From Sandaracinaceae bacterium (GTDB taxonomy: Bacteria > Myxococcota_A > Polyangia > Polyangiales > Sandaracinaceae): a stretch of DNA of 64,000 nucleotides. Under the pieces are notes generated by a model. That model did no database searches, had not been told where the DNA came from, and saw only the letters and a list, made by a program, of their open reading frames with translations. Made by a program: the position numbers and the translations under genes. Position 1 is the first letter of the stretch, and every line of letters begins with the position of its first letter. This document shows positions 34,321-44,106 of the stretch, one piece after another. The stretch covers positions 1 to 64,000 of the forward strand of contig JBGAQA010000025.1 in NCBI GenBank assembly GCA_044220955.1. Reading direction: 5' to 3'.

Positions 34321-34531
34321 GCCCTCGGAACGCGAGGTCTCGGCCCGTCGGGCTGCCTCTCGGATCTGGAGCTCGATCCACGACGACGACGAGGGACGAG
34401 GCGCGTTGCGCCTGGGCTACGAGGTCGCGATCACCGACTGGGTGATCCTCGGCCTGGCGTTCGAGACCGACTTCGACTCGATCGCCGAGGGCCTGCTCGT
34501 GGAGATCGCGAGCCCCGAGCTCATGGTTCGA

Positions 34532-35695
34532 CTACTGGCCCGACATCGCCGACTGGACGCTCGCGGCGGGCGCGCGGCTCTCGATCTGAGCGGGCGGGCA
34601 CGACGCGGGCTCGGCGGGCCGCGCCTCGTGCGAACGGAACATCACGAGGTCGGCCGGGTCGACGTCGTTCTCGGTGCCGTCCGACCAGTGGATGCGCAGA
34701 ACGTCCGTGATCGAGAGGACGACGCCGTCGTACACCGTGTCGCCCCAGAGCGCCTCGACCGCGTCGCCGACGCGCAGCGGGACCCGCACGAGCGAGGCGA
34801 CCTCGACGGTGCGCGGGGTGCCGTCGGAGCCGAGGACGGTCGCGTGCGTCCCCTCGCAGGCCAGGATGCGGCCGACGCGCACGCGCGCGCCCTCGTCGAC
34901 GAGCACCGTGCGGCTCGGGCAGCCGCTCACGCTCCCGCTCGCCGCGCCCTCGACGGACACCACGTCGGTGAGCTCGATCCACTGCTCGCTCTCGTCCTCC
35001 CAGCGCGCGCGCACGAGCGAGTCGCGCGTGGCCAAGATCACGGCCGGATAGGGCGAGCCGCTCCAGAGCGCCATGACGTGGTCGCCCGCGCGCACGCGCA
35101 GCGGGTGCAGGTCCGCGCGCGGCACGCGCACGTCGGTTCCGTCCGCGAACATCACGTGCGCGGTGCTCCCCGAGCAGTCGGCCAGCATGCCCGCGCGCAG
35201 CCGCGGCGTGCTCTCGAGCAGCACGATGTGCTCGAGCGGCGTCGGCGCAGGCGCAGGCGGCGTGAGGGCGGGCGGAGGCGGAGGCGCCACCTCCGGCGCC
35301 GGGGGCCCGTGGTGCAGGCGCGCGAGCACGTCGCCGATCGGGAGGATCGCGGACGCACCGCCGATCTCGACCTCGACGAAGTCGTCCATGGAGCGCGCGA
35401 TGGCCGCAGTCAGGACCTGGCCGCTCTGGCGCACCAGCACCCAGGTCCCCGGCACGAGGCTCGCGCCCCCGAGCGCCGACTCGGCGACCCACACCTCGCG
35501 TCCGTCGTGCGTGCGGAGGGGCACGAGGGTCCCCTCGGTGGCGCCTGTCGTCTCGGCGAGCGTGTCGGCCTCCTCGCCGGGGATCACCACGCGGCGCGTC
35601 TCGGCGCGCGAGGGCATCTGGGCGGGCGGGAACACCGTACATGCCGTCAGAAACAGCAGAAGCAGCGTGGCGAGGCGTTCCAGGCGGGTGATCAT
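34532..35695 (-). CDS. Lipoprotein with tandem Tudor/Agenet/SH3-like domains
   Basis: Lipobox LTAC; repeats GDHVMALWSGSPYPAVI...ARWEDESEQWI and GDAVEALWGDTVYDGVV...IHWSDGTENDV. Confidence 0.65.
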   Translation of the reverse strand: MITRLERLATLLLLFLTACTVFPPAQMPSRAETRRVVIPGEEADTLAETTGATEGTLVPLRTHDGREVWVAESALGGASLVPGTWVLVRQSGQVLTAAIARSMDDFVEVEIGGASAILPIGDVLARLHHGPPAPEVAPPPPPALTPPAPAPTPLEHIVLLESTPRLRAGMLADCSGSTAHVMFADGTDVRVPRADLHPLRVRAGDHVMALWSGSPYPAVILATRDSLVRARWEDESEQWIELTDVVSVEGAASGSVSGCPSRTVLVDEGARVRVGRILACEGTHATVLGSDGTPRTVEVASLVRVPLRVGDAVEALWGDTVYDGVVLSITDVLRIHWSDGTENDVDPADLVMFRSHEARPAEPASCPPAQIESRAPAASVQSAMSGQ

Positions 35696-35789
35696 CGAGG
35701 GTCTGACGCCGGGCCGGCGCGAAAGTTTTGGCCGGGCGTCACGCACGCAATTGTGTCGGCTCGCCCCTCCGGGCGCTACCGTCCGCGCC

Positions 35790-36605
35790 CTATTTGGCGA
35801 GCACTCCGGTGGCGCGCGCCATCTCCGCGATGCAGAGGCTGCCGGCGATGCCGACGTTGAGGGACTCGATCTTGCCGGACCCCGGGATCGCCAGGACGGC
35901 ATCACACGCAGCGCGCACCGCGGGAGACAGCCCCTCGCGCTCGTGACCCAGCACGAGGACCGTCGGAGCGGCGAACGGGTAGCCGAAGAGGCTTTCCGTC
36001 GCGTCGCTCTCGCCGCCGACCACGCGCAGGCCGCGACCGCGCAGGCGCCCGAGCGTGTCGGCGAGGTCCGTCGTGCGCGCGAGGCGCAGGTGCTCGGCGC
36101 CGCCCTCGGCCACGCGCACCGCGTCGGGCGCGAGCGCAGGGTGCGGCGCGATCGCCCCGAGCAGCGCGCCCTGCATCCCGAAGAACGCCGCGCTCCGCAG
36201 GATCGCCCCCACGTTGTAAGGGTTGCGCACGCGGTCGAGCGCGACGGCGAACCCGCGGGCTCGGATCATCGCGTCGGCGAAGTCGGCGATCGAGGACCAC
36301 TTGCGCGGGCTGGCCTGCACGACCAGCCCCTCGTGGTGCGTGCTCGCCGACACGCGTGCCAGCTCGTCCTCCGGAAGCTCGTCGCAGGGCACTCGGTGCG
36401 CGGCCGCCCAAGCGGCGAGCGCCTCGACGTCGCGGCGCCGCTCCCGTGCGAAGCCGATGCGCGCGAGATCTCCCGGGCGCACGTCGAAGACCGCCATCGC
36501 GGCGCGGAAGCCGAAGACGATCTCGCCCGCGTCCCTCGGCTTCGCCGGCGGGGGCGCCTCGTCGCGACGCGCGGGGGGTCGGTCACGCTGGGGCCGCTTC
36601 ACCAT
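35790..36605 (-). CDS. TrmH/SpoU family RNA methyltransferase
   Basis: HEGL, LDRVRNPYNVGAILRSA, LVLGHEREGL, IESLNVGIA. Confidence 0.92.
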   Translation of the reverse strand: MVKRPQRDRPPARRDEAPPPAKPRDAGEIVFGFRAAMAVFDVRPGDLARIGFARERRRDVEALAAWAAAHRVPCDELPEDELARVSASTHHEGLVVQASPRKWSSIADFADAMIRARGFAVALDRVRNPYNVGAILRSAAFFGMQGALLGAIAPHPALAPDAVRVAEGGAEHLRLARTTDLADTLGRLRGRGLRVVGGESDATESLFGYPFAAPTVLVLGHEREGLSPAVRAACDAVLAIPGSGKIESLNVGIAGSLCIAEMARATGVLAK

Positions 36606-36648
36606 CTCGAGGCGAGACTAGTACGAGTGGAGGCGGCATGCTCCGCCC

Positions 36649-36870
36649 GTGGACGATCGCGACCCCACCCTGCTCGACCGCCTCCCGGACGTGCGTGACG
36701 GACTCACGCGCCTCGAGCGGGTGATCCTGTGGCAGCTCCAGGTGACCCAGCAGGAGCGTGGGGACCGGGGTGTCCCGACGGCGATGCTCTACGGCCGCGT
36801 CGTCGAGCACGTCGGCGTATCCGTCGAGGAATTCCAGCGGACGCTCGCGCGCCTCGTGAGGGCGCGATGA
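36649..36870 (+). CDS. Small protein resembling the GyrA/ParC N-terminal winged-helix region
   Basis: LPDVRDGL motif; ATGA overlap with the next gene. Confidence 0.7.
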   Translation: [73 protein letters not shown]

Positions 36871-37517
36871 GCGACGAGGCACTGATCCGCGAAGCGCGGC
36901 GCATCCACGCGCGCTACCAGCGCGAGATCGTCGAGGCCTTCGTGCTCTGCCCGTTCGCGGCCAAGTCCCGCGAGGACGCCACGACCCTCGAGATCGTGCG
37001 GACCGAGGCCGAGCCGCACGTCGACGCCGTGCTCGACGACGTCCGGGTGATCCCTGACGACGTGGAGGTCGCCTTCGTCATCTTCCCGCGCTGGAGGGTC
37101 GAGCGCCGCGCGCTCTCGCGTTTCGTCGAGACGCTGCGAAGCGCACACCAGGCGGGGCCCGGCGGGCTGGTGATGACGATGGAGGGGTTCCATCCCGACG
37201 CCGAGGCCGACGTGTCGTCGGCGGGCTCGCTCGTTCCCTTCCTCCGGCGTACGGCCGACCCCACCATCCAGCTCACGCGGCTCTCCGTGCTCGAGCGGGT
37301 CCGCGCCACCACGGGCGGGACCACGAAGTACGTCGATCCGGCCACCATCGACGTGGCGGCGCTGCTCGCCGAGCCGCCGGAGCGCTCGCTCCACGAGCGC
37401 ATCTCGGAGGCCAACTACCGCACCGTGCGCGAGCGGGGCGCCGAGACGATCTCGCGTGTGTATGCGGAGATCCGGGCCGATCGCGACGCCAGCTACGCGC
37501 GCGCCGAAGCCGAGTGA
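36867..37517 (+). CDS. DUF1415-like protein
   Basis: VEAFVLCPFA, FHPD, RRTADPTIQLTR, I...N motifs. Confidence 0.65.
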   Translation: MSDEALIREARRIHARYQREIVEAFVLCPFAAKSREDATTLEIVRTEAEPHVDAVLDDVRVIPDDVEVAFVIFPRWRVERRALSRFVETLRSAHQAGPGGLVMTMEGFHPDAEADVSSAGSLVPFLRRTADPTIQLTRLSVLERVRATTGGTTKYVDPATIDVAALLAEPPERSLHERISEANYRTVRERGAETISRVYAEIRADRDASYARAEAE

Positions 37518-37565
37518 CGAGCGCTCGATCGTCGGCAGATCCGTGGCAAACCTCGCATCGGAGCG

Positions 37566-38588
37566 ATGCCGGTGTCGGTCAACGGACGTCCGCCAGGCGG
37601 ACACGACGGCTCGGCGTCGGCCCGAGCTCGAGGAGGGCCGACGCTCGCGAGTGCGCCGGGGAAGGTCATGATCTCGGGGGAGTACGCGGTGCTCTCTGGC
37701 GCGAGTGCCCTCGTGCTGGCCGTCGGCGCCCGGGCGACCGCCCGGCTCGACCGCTCGCCCGCTCGCGCGAGCGGCTCGCCCGCTCCAGCGCCCCTGCCGC
37801 CCGAGGTGCTGCTAACCAAGGCAGAGGCCGAGCGTGCGCTGGGCCTGCCGCCGATGGACCTCACGATCGACACCAGCCCGCTGCGCGAGGGAGATCGCAA
37901 GCTCGGACTCGGGTCGTCCGCGGCAGGCGCCGTGGCGGCCGCAGCGGCCGTGTTCGCGTCGGCGGGCATCGACCCGGCCGGCGCGCGCGAGCAGGTGTTC
38001 CGGGCGGCGCTCGCGGGGCACCGCGCGGTCGCTCCGAGCGGCAGCGGTGCGGACGTGGCCGCTTCGGCGTACGGCGGGCTGCTCGCGTACCGGCGCGAGG
38101 GCGACGCGGTCGAGATCGCGCCGAGGTCGATGCCCCGCAGCGTCCGGACGCTCCTCGCGTGGACCGGGACGCCCGTCCGCACGAGCGAGCTCGTCGATCG
38201 CGTCCACGCGCTCGCGGCCCGGGACCCGCGCGCCCACGGCGCCGCGATCGACGGAATCCGTGACGCGGCGAGCGCGCTCGAGCGGGCGATCACCGGCGAC
38301 GACGCGGCCGCGATCGTGGACGCCACGCGCGCGCACCACGACGCCATGCGCGCCCTCGGCGAGCGCGCCGACGCCCCGATCGTGACGCCGGCGCTGGCGC
38401 GGCTCGCGGAGATCGCGCGCGCGGCGGGCGGCGCGAGCAAGCCGTCGGGGGCGGGCGGCGGCGACGTCGCGCTCTTGTTCGTCCCGGAGGCCACGAGCGA
38501 TGGCGCGCTCGAGGCCGAGCTCGCGCAGCACGGGCTACGCCTCCTCTCGATCACGCTCGGCGCCGACGGCGCGCGGGCCGAACGCTGA
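37566..38588 (+). CDS. GHMP kinase, probably phosphomevalonate kinase
   Basis: APGKVMISGEYAVL, KLGLGSSAA, GSGADVAASAYGG, KPSGAGGGD; adjacent to HMG-CoA reductase; start uncertain. Confidence 0.85.
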   Translation: MPVSVNGRPPGGHDGSASARARGGPTLASAPGKVMISGEYAVLSGASALVLAVGARATARLDRSPARASGSPAPAPLPPEVLLTKAEAERALGLPPMDLTIDTSPLREGDRKLGLGSSAAGAVAAAAAVFASAGIDPAGAREQVFRAALAGHRAVAPSGSGADVAASAYGGLLAYRREGDAVEIAPRSMPRSVRTLLAWTGTPVRTSELVDRVHALAARDPRAHGAAIDGIRDAASALERAITGDDAAAIVDATRAHHDAMRALGERADAPIVTPALARLAEIARAAGGASKPSGAGGGDVALLFVPEATSDGALEAELAQHGLRLLSITLGADGARAER

Positions 38589-38604
38589 CGCAGGAAGAAC
38601 GTCG

Positions 38605-39900
38605 ATGGTGACCTCGCGAATCCCTGGTTTCTACAAGGTGCCGCTCGACGAGCGGCGCCAGATGGCCGCTTCGGTGCTCGGCGTCCCGGTCGCCGAGCTC
38701 GACGACGCGCTCGCGCTCGGCGGTCTCTCCGCGCGCACCGCCGACAAGACGATCGAGAACGTGATCGGCACGTACGCGATGCCCTTCGCGCTCGCCCTCA
38801 ACGTGCAGATGAACGGGCGCGATCACCTCGTGCCGATGGTGGTCGAGGAGCCGAGCGTCGTCGCTGCGGCGTCCAACGCGGCGCGGATGATCCGCATGGG
38901 AGGCGGATTCTTCGCCGAGGCGGACCGACCGCTGATGATCGCGCAGATCCAGCTCGATCGCGTGCCCGACGCTGCGCTCGCGGCAGACGCGATCCGCGCA
39001 GCCGAGAGGGAGCTCTGCGAGCGGGCCGACGCCGCCGTCCCGAACCTCGTCGCGCGGGGCGGCGGGGCACGCGGCGTCGAGGCGCGCGATCTTGGCGAGG
39101 GCTTCTTCGTCGTGCACGTGCTCGTGGACTGCCGCGACGCGATGGGCGCGAACCTGGTGAACAGCGTCGCCGAGGGCGTGGCGGATCGCGTGCGCGAGCT
39201 GAGCGGCGGCCGCATGGGTCTGCGCATCCTGTCGAACCTCAACGACCGTCGGATGGTGCGCGTGCGCGCGACGGTCCCGGTCGAGTCGCTCGCGGCCGAG
39301 GGCTTCGCGGGAGCGGAGGTCGCCGACGGAATCGCGCGCGCGTCGCGCTTCGCCGAGCTCGATCCGTACCGGGCCGCCACGCACAACAAGGGGATCATGA
39401 ACGGCATCGATCCCGTGGTGATCGCCACCGGCAACGACTGGCGCGCGGTCGAGGCCGGCGCGCACGCGTTCGCGGCCACGCGCGGCGTGCGCGGGGGCTA
39501 CGGGCCACTCTGCACGTGGAAGGTCGACGACGGGGCCCTCGTCGCCGCGATGGAGATGCCGCTCGCGCTCGGCACGGTGGGCGGCACGCTGCGAGTGCAC
39601 GATGCCGCGCAGCTGGCGCTCGAGATCGCCGGCGTCGCCTCCGCGACCGAGCTCGCCATGCTGGCGGCCTCGGTCGGCGTGGCGTCCAACCTGGCGGCGC
39701 TCCGCGCGCTCGCGACCGTCGGCATCCAGAAGGGCCACATGGCGCTGCACGCGCGCAGCGTCGCGATCGCGGCGGGGGCGACCGGCGAGCTCGTCGAGAT
39801 CGTCGCGATGGAGATCCACGAGGCCGGCTGCGTGACCGTCGAGGCGGCGAGGGCCGCGATCCTCGCGCGCTCCGGCTCGAGCCTGGTCGCCGCGGAGTAG
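38605..39900 (+). CDS. mvaA: Class II hydroxymethylglutaryl-CoA reductase
   Basis: IENVIG, EEPSVVAA, DAMGANLVN, THNKGIMNG, GNDWRA, GIQKGHMALH. Confidence 0.93.
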   Translation: MVTSRIPGFYKVPLDERRQMAASVLGVPVAELDDALALGGLSARTADKTIENVIGTYAMPFALALNVQMNGRDHLVPMVVEEPSVVAAASNAARMIRMGGGFFAEADRPLMIAQIQLDRVPDAALAADAIRAAERELCERADAAVPNLVARGGGARGVEARDLGEGFFVVHVLVDCRDAMGANLVNSVAEGVADRVRELSGGRMGLRILSNLNDRRMVRVRATVPVESLAAEGFAGAEVADGIARASRFAELDPYRAATHNKGIMNGIDPVVIATGNDWRAVEAGAHAFAATRGVRGGYGPLCTWKVDDGALVAAMEMPLALGTVGGTLRVHDAAQLALEIAGVASATELAMLAASVGVASNLAALRALATVGIQKGHMALHARSVAIAAGATGELVEIVAMEIHEAGCVTVEAARAAILARSGSSLVAAE

Positions 39901-39955
39901 CGACCGGCCGAGAATGGCGTCGGCTCGCCCCTCCCCGCGGCGAGCGCTCCCGTCG

Positions 39956-40741
39956 TCAGGGGCGCGTCACGATCACGCGCAGGCGCGTGGCCGCCGTGCC
40001 GGTCGGGTACGTCGCCGACGTGACGTGCTGCTCGATGCACTGGCGAAAGGCCGCGTCGCGGAGCGTGCCCCGGCCGAGCGTCGTGCGCGCGCGGCCGGCC
40101 GCGCTGACGGAGACGGAGACGGGCACCGTCCCGTGCTGCACCGTGGTGCACTGCTCGAAGCCCGCGTGGTTGAACACGTATTGCAGTGCCTCCTGCGAGA
40201 GCGCGCCCCGCACCCGATCGACGGCGATCGTGACGGGCAACGCGACCGTCGGCGGCGGAACCAGCGGCGTCATGATCGCGGATCCGTGCGGCGAGGTGGT
40301 GCTCGTCGCGGCGCTGGGGGGAGGCGGGGGCGGCGCGCTGACGCTGCCCGCGGGCGGCGTGAACGTCATCACGAAGCGCACCTGCGCACCTCCCTCCGGC
40401 GCCTGCGGCGGCAGCGTGAACTCGTGCACGCGATCGTGAGCGCAGGTCTCGAGCGTCGCGTCGTCGATGTGGGTCTCCGGCGTGACCCGGATGACCTGGC
40501 GCGCCGAGACCCAGAGCCTCAGGCGCAGGTCACCGCCGAGCCCCGGGTGCGTCGTGAGCGCGGCGGCGTAGCAAGTGCGGATCGGCACCACGGCCGTCGC
40601 GATCGCGGCGTCGAGCATCGCGCGGTACTCGGCGGGCGGCGGATCCCCGTCGACGGTCAGATCGTGGACGACGACCGTCTGCGCCAGCGCGGGCGAGGCG
40701 ATGCAGAGCGATGCGAGCAGAGCCAGGGCGAGGCGCGGCAT
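39956..40741 (-). CDS. Secreted protein with AgmX/PglI C-terminal-like domains
   Basis: Signal ALA-Q; IRTCYAAAL...GGDLRLRL...LETC...FTLP; Pro-rich linker; second degenerate copy. Confidence 0.7.
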   Translation of the reverse strand: MPRLALALLASLCIASPALAQTVVVHDLTVDGDPPPAEYRAMLDAAIATAVVPIRTCYAAALTTHPGLGGDLRLRLWVSARQVIRVTPETHIDDATLETCAHDRVHEFTLPPQAPEGGAQVRFVMTFTPPAGSVSAPPPPPPSAATSTTSPHGSAIMTPLVPPPTVALPVTIAVDRVRGALSQEALQYVFNHAGFEQCTTVQHGTVPVSVSVSAAGRARTTLGRGTLRDAAFRQCIEQHVTSATYPTGTAATRLRVIVTRP

Positions 40742-40854
40742 GACGCGTTGGACGTTGCCACGCGCCTGCGCTTCATCGCAACCAGCAGGCGCGGGCGTGC
40801 TCGGGCGATCCGGCACGACATGGCTTCACCGAGTGTTCTACAGTCTCCGGGTCT

Positions 40855-42000
40855 ATGTCCCGGCCGCTGGGCGAGTACGTGGAGGACAGCAGCGTCGGAG
40901 TGCCCTCCGGAACGCTCGTGGCAGAGCGCTATCGCGTCCAGCGCCCACTGACCGAGGGCGGCATGGCCACCGTCTACGTCGCCGAGGACACGACGGCGCC
41001 CGGCAAGCTCTGCGCGCTGAAGATCATGGCCCCGCGCCTCTTGCGGGACGAGAAGAGCCGCGAGCGCTTCGAGCAGGAGGCGATGATCGGGACGACGCTG
41101 CGCCATCCGCACATCGTGAGCGTGCTCGGCGCGGGAGTGGACGAGGCGCTCGAGTCGCCGTGGATCGCGATGGAGCTGCTCGAGGGCGGCACGATCAGCG
41201 AGGTGCTCAAGAAGCGCGGGGCGCTCCCGCTCGAGGAGGTGCGCCAGCTCTTCCTCGGCTTCGGGGCCGCGATGGCGGCGGCGCACTCGCGCGGCGTGGT
41301 GCACCGTGACCTCAAGCCGGAGAACGTGTTCCTGCAGTCGGAGCCGAGCGACGGCCTGCCGTACACCCTCAAGGTTCTCGACTTCGGCATCGCCAAGGTG
41401 AAGAAGGACGTGACGATGAAGAACTCGCAGCTGATCGGGTCGCCGCTCTGGATGGCGCCCGAGCAGCTCGCCGCGGGGACGAACATCGGTCCCTTCACGG
41501 ACGTGTGGCCCTTCGGGCTGCTCGCGTTCTTCGCGCTCACGGGCAAGCCCTACTGGCTGGTCGCGAACGAAGCGAGCATGAACTTGCCCAAGCTGCTCAG
41601 CGAGATCATGGCGGCCGATCTGGCGGCGCCCACCGAGCGCGCCAGGGCGCTCGGCGCGCCGGTGACCTGGCCCTCGCCCTTCGACGGCTGGTTCCTCCGC
41701 TGCGTCGCGCGCGACCAGAGCGCGCGCTTCGCGACCGTGGGCGATGCCGCCGCTGCGCTGGACGTGGCCCTCGGGGGCCGTGGGGCATCGCTCGTCCCGC
41801 CGGAGCCCGCCTCGCCGAAGCCCGCGCCGGCCGACGCCCCGGCGGACCCGCCCGCCGCCGCACCCGAGACCGTGCCGGTGCTCGTCCACGGCCCGGTCGC
41901 GGTGCCCCCGCGACCCGTCTCGCGCGCCCCCTACGCGCTGGCGGCGGGGGCGCTGGTGCTGCTCGCGGCCGCGCTGGCCGCGTGGCTGCGATTCAACTGA
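40855..42000 (+). CDS. Hanks-type Ser/Thr protein kinase with C-terminal TM anchor
   Basis: EGGMATVY, ALK, HRDLKPEN, DFG, MAPE, DVW. Confidence 0.93.
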   Translation: MSRPLGEYVEDSSVGVPSGTLVAERYRVQRPLTEGGMATVYVAEDTTAPGKLCALKIMAPRLLRDEKSRERFEQEAMIGTTLRHPHIVSVLGAGVDEALESPWIAMELLEGGTISEVLKKRGALPLEEVRQLFLGFGAAMAAAHSRGVVHRDLKPENVFLQSEPSDGLPYTLKVLDFGIAKVKKDVTMKNSQLIGSPLWMAPEQLAAGTNIGPFTDVWPFGLLAFFALTGKPYWLVANEASMNLPKLLSEIMAADLAAPTERARALGAPVTWPSPFDGWFLRCVARDQSARFATVGDAAAALDVALGGRGASLVPPEPASPKPAPADAPADPPAAAPETVPVLVHGPVAVPPRPVSRAPYALAAGALVLLAAALAAWLRFN

Positions 42001-42003
42001 CGC

Positions 42004-43212
42004 TCACCCGATCACCAGCGGCGCGTCCTGTCCGCGATCGAGAACCTCGCAGCCGCGAGCGGTCGCCAGCAGGACCGCGTGGGCGCGCATGCCGAAGCTC
42101 TCGTCGTAGAGTCCGGGGTGGACCGACCACGCGTGACCCGCCAGGGCGGCCCGCGTATCCGAGATCTCGAGCCCGTCGAACGTGCATGCCTCGCCCGAGA
42201 AGGGAACCGTGCCGACGTGGCTGCCGGTGCGGTGTCGGATCCCTGCCGAGCGCTCCAGCCTCGCGGCCTCCAGCTGCGCCACCTCGTCCACCTCGTAGCC
42301 GAGCAGGCGCTCGCCCTTGCCGAGGCGTGTCTGCACGATCGCGACGGCGGCGTCTCGTAGGCGCGCCGTCTCGCGGAGCATCCGCTCGGCGATCTTCGAC
42401 TCGCCACGGGAGAGGACCACGCCCAGGTGCGCGCAAGGTCCCGCGCCCTCGCGCGCGAAGAGGTCCACGAGCACGTGCTCCCGCTCGCCGACGGGGCGCT
42501 TGGAGTGCTCGCGCGGCCACGAACGCGTGGCGGCGCCCGCGGCGACCATCGGCGGCTCGACCACCACGAGCCCGGCCGCCTCGATCCGCGTCGTCGCCGC
42601 GCGCGCGACGTCCTCGGGGGTGAAGCCGGCGCGGAGCTCGGCCACCAGCGCGCTCCGGACGTCGGCCAGAGAGCTCACGGTCCTGCGCAGCGCCGAGATC
42701 TCCGCGTCGCGCAGCGTCCCGACGAACGCGTTCGCGAGATCGATCGAGGACACGACCTTGCTGCCGTAGCTCTCCACGAGCCCGACGGTCCCCGCCTCGA
42801 CGCGCGCGACCTCCGGGCTCGCCGCGATCGTCGCGTGCTCCATCGCGACGGTCCCACGCGTGGGAAGCGTCCTCTCCAGCGCGCGGCGCAGCTCCGCCCA
42901 GCTCGCGTAAGAGAGCTGCTCGCCGGGCAGCTCGGGGACGGTGTCGATCTCCAGCGCGTGCGCGATCACGACGGGCATTCCGTCCGACGGGAGCCAGTAG
43001 AAGAGGCGCCGGAGCGGCGGCATGCGCCCCGTCTCCGGTCCGAGGCCCAGGGCGCGCAGCGCGATGCGGTTCTGCCCACGGTGGTCCGAGAGGAGCCACC
43101 CCTCGAGCTTCCTCTCGCGCATGGCGAGCTGGATCTCGCCGAGCCGCTCGCTCACGAGCGAGACGTGAGGCATGGCGCTGACGCGCCCGTCGCCGCCCGG
43201 GAGCGGGCTCAT
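42004..43212 (-). CDS. M24 (Xaa-Pro aminopeptidase) family protein with non-canonical metal ligands
   Basis: GWLL.D.RG.N, GYEVD, HRTG, PGLY..FG.R framework; ATGA overlap with the acyltransferase. Confidence 0.8.
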   Translation of the reverse strand: MSPLPGGDGRVSAMPHVSLVSERLGEIQLAMRERKLEGWLLSDHRGQNRIALRALGLGPETGRMPPLRRLFYWLPSDGMPVVIAHALEIDTVPELPGEQLSYASWAELRRALERTLPTRGTVAMEHATIAASPEVARVEAGTVGLVESYGSKVVSSIDLANAFVGTLRDAEISALRRTVSSLADVRSALVAELRAGFTPEDVARAATTRIEAAGLVVVEPPMVAAGAATRSWPREHSKRPVGEREHVLVDLFAREGAGPCAHLGVVLSRGESKIAERMLRETARLRDAAVAIVQTRLGKGERLLGYEVDEVAQLEAARLERSAGIRHRTGSHVGTVPFSGEACTFDGLEISDTRAALAGHAWSVHPGLYDESFGMRAHAVLLATARGCEVLDRGQDAPLVIG

Positions 43213-44000
43213 CGGCTCTGCGCCGCCGTTCGGGCCTCGTCCACCATCGCCTGGACGCGCGCGCGGATCACCTCGTCGGCGCCGTCCTTCTGGGGCGGAA
43301 AGGGCTCGGGCTCGCCGATCGCGATCCACACGGGGTTGCGGCGGCGAGAGAGGAAACGCTTGGCGTGCGAGCCGAGGCTCTCGTCCACGTACTCGGTGCC
43401 CGGCGGATAGGCGAGACCGACCGGCAGCACGTCGAGATCCACGCCCTTGGCCGCGAGGAACGCGCCACCCTTGAACGGGCGCACCTCGTCGCCCCCGTAG
43501 GTGGTGCCCTCGGGGAAGATGATGATCGACTGCTTGTCCTCGAGGGCGCGCCGCATCGCGCGGATCGCCTGCGCCCCGCTCCTGCGGTCGTCTCGGTCGA
43601 CGAAGATGGTGCCCATGCGTATGGCCGCCGTGCCGACCACGGGCGCCGTGCGCGTCTTGTGGTTGGCCAGGAAGTGGCCGTCGAAGAGCCACATGAGCGC
43701 GACGATGTCGAGCGGAGTCCGATGGTTCGACACGATGAGCCGCGCGCGTGGCGAGTGCCTCGATGGCCTCGCACCCCGGACGAGGTGCAGATCCACGCCG
43801 AGGACGACGCGCGACACGATCGCCCACGCGTGCTTGGCGCGGTCGATGATCACCCGCCGGTCGCCTCGCCAGAACAACGCCCGCACGGCCTCCCAGCTCA
43901 CGATGATGGGCGTCCAGAGCGCCATCGTGATCAGCCGGAGCGTGCGCCGGACGGCCGCGAGCACGCCCCTCGACTCGATCGCGCGCGCCTCGTCCGCCAT
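43209..44000 (-). CDS. Lysophospholipid acyltransferase (PlsC family)
   Basis: NHRTPLD (HX4D), IFVDR, FPEGT, FKGGAF. Confidence 0.9.
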   Translation of the reverse strand: MADEARAIESRGVLAAVRRTLRLITMALWTPIIVSWEAVRALFWRGDRRVIIDRAKHAWAIVSRVVLGVDLHLVRGARPSRHSPRARLIVSNHRTPLDIVALMWLFDGHFLANHKTRTAPVVGTAAIRMGTIFVDRDDRRSGAQAIRAMRRALEDKQSIIIFPEGTTYGGDEVRPFKGGAFLAAKGVDLDVLPVGLAYPPGTEYVDESLGSHAKRFLSRRRNPVWIAIGEPEPFPPQKDGADEVIRARVQAMVDEARTAAQSR

Positions 44001-44106
44001 CGGCGGCGACTCTCGCGCGACGCGTCCTGCCTTTCAAGGTCCGTTCGGGCTTGTGGACTTCGACGCGCACGGCGATGATTCGCGCGGTCTTGCCGGGGAG
44101 GCGATC

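Noticed and set aside
36649..36870. gyrA pseudogene
   Set aside because: No further GyrA-like sequence in adjacent frames; clean start, stop and coupling to the next gene
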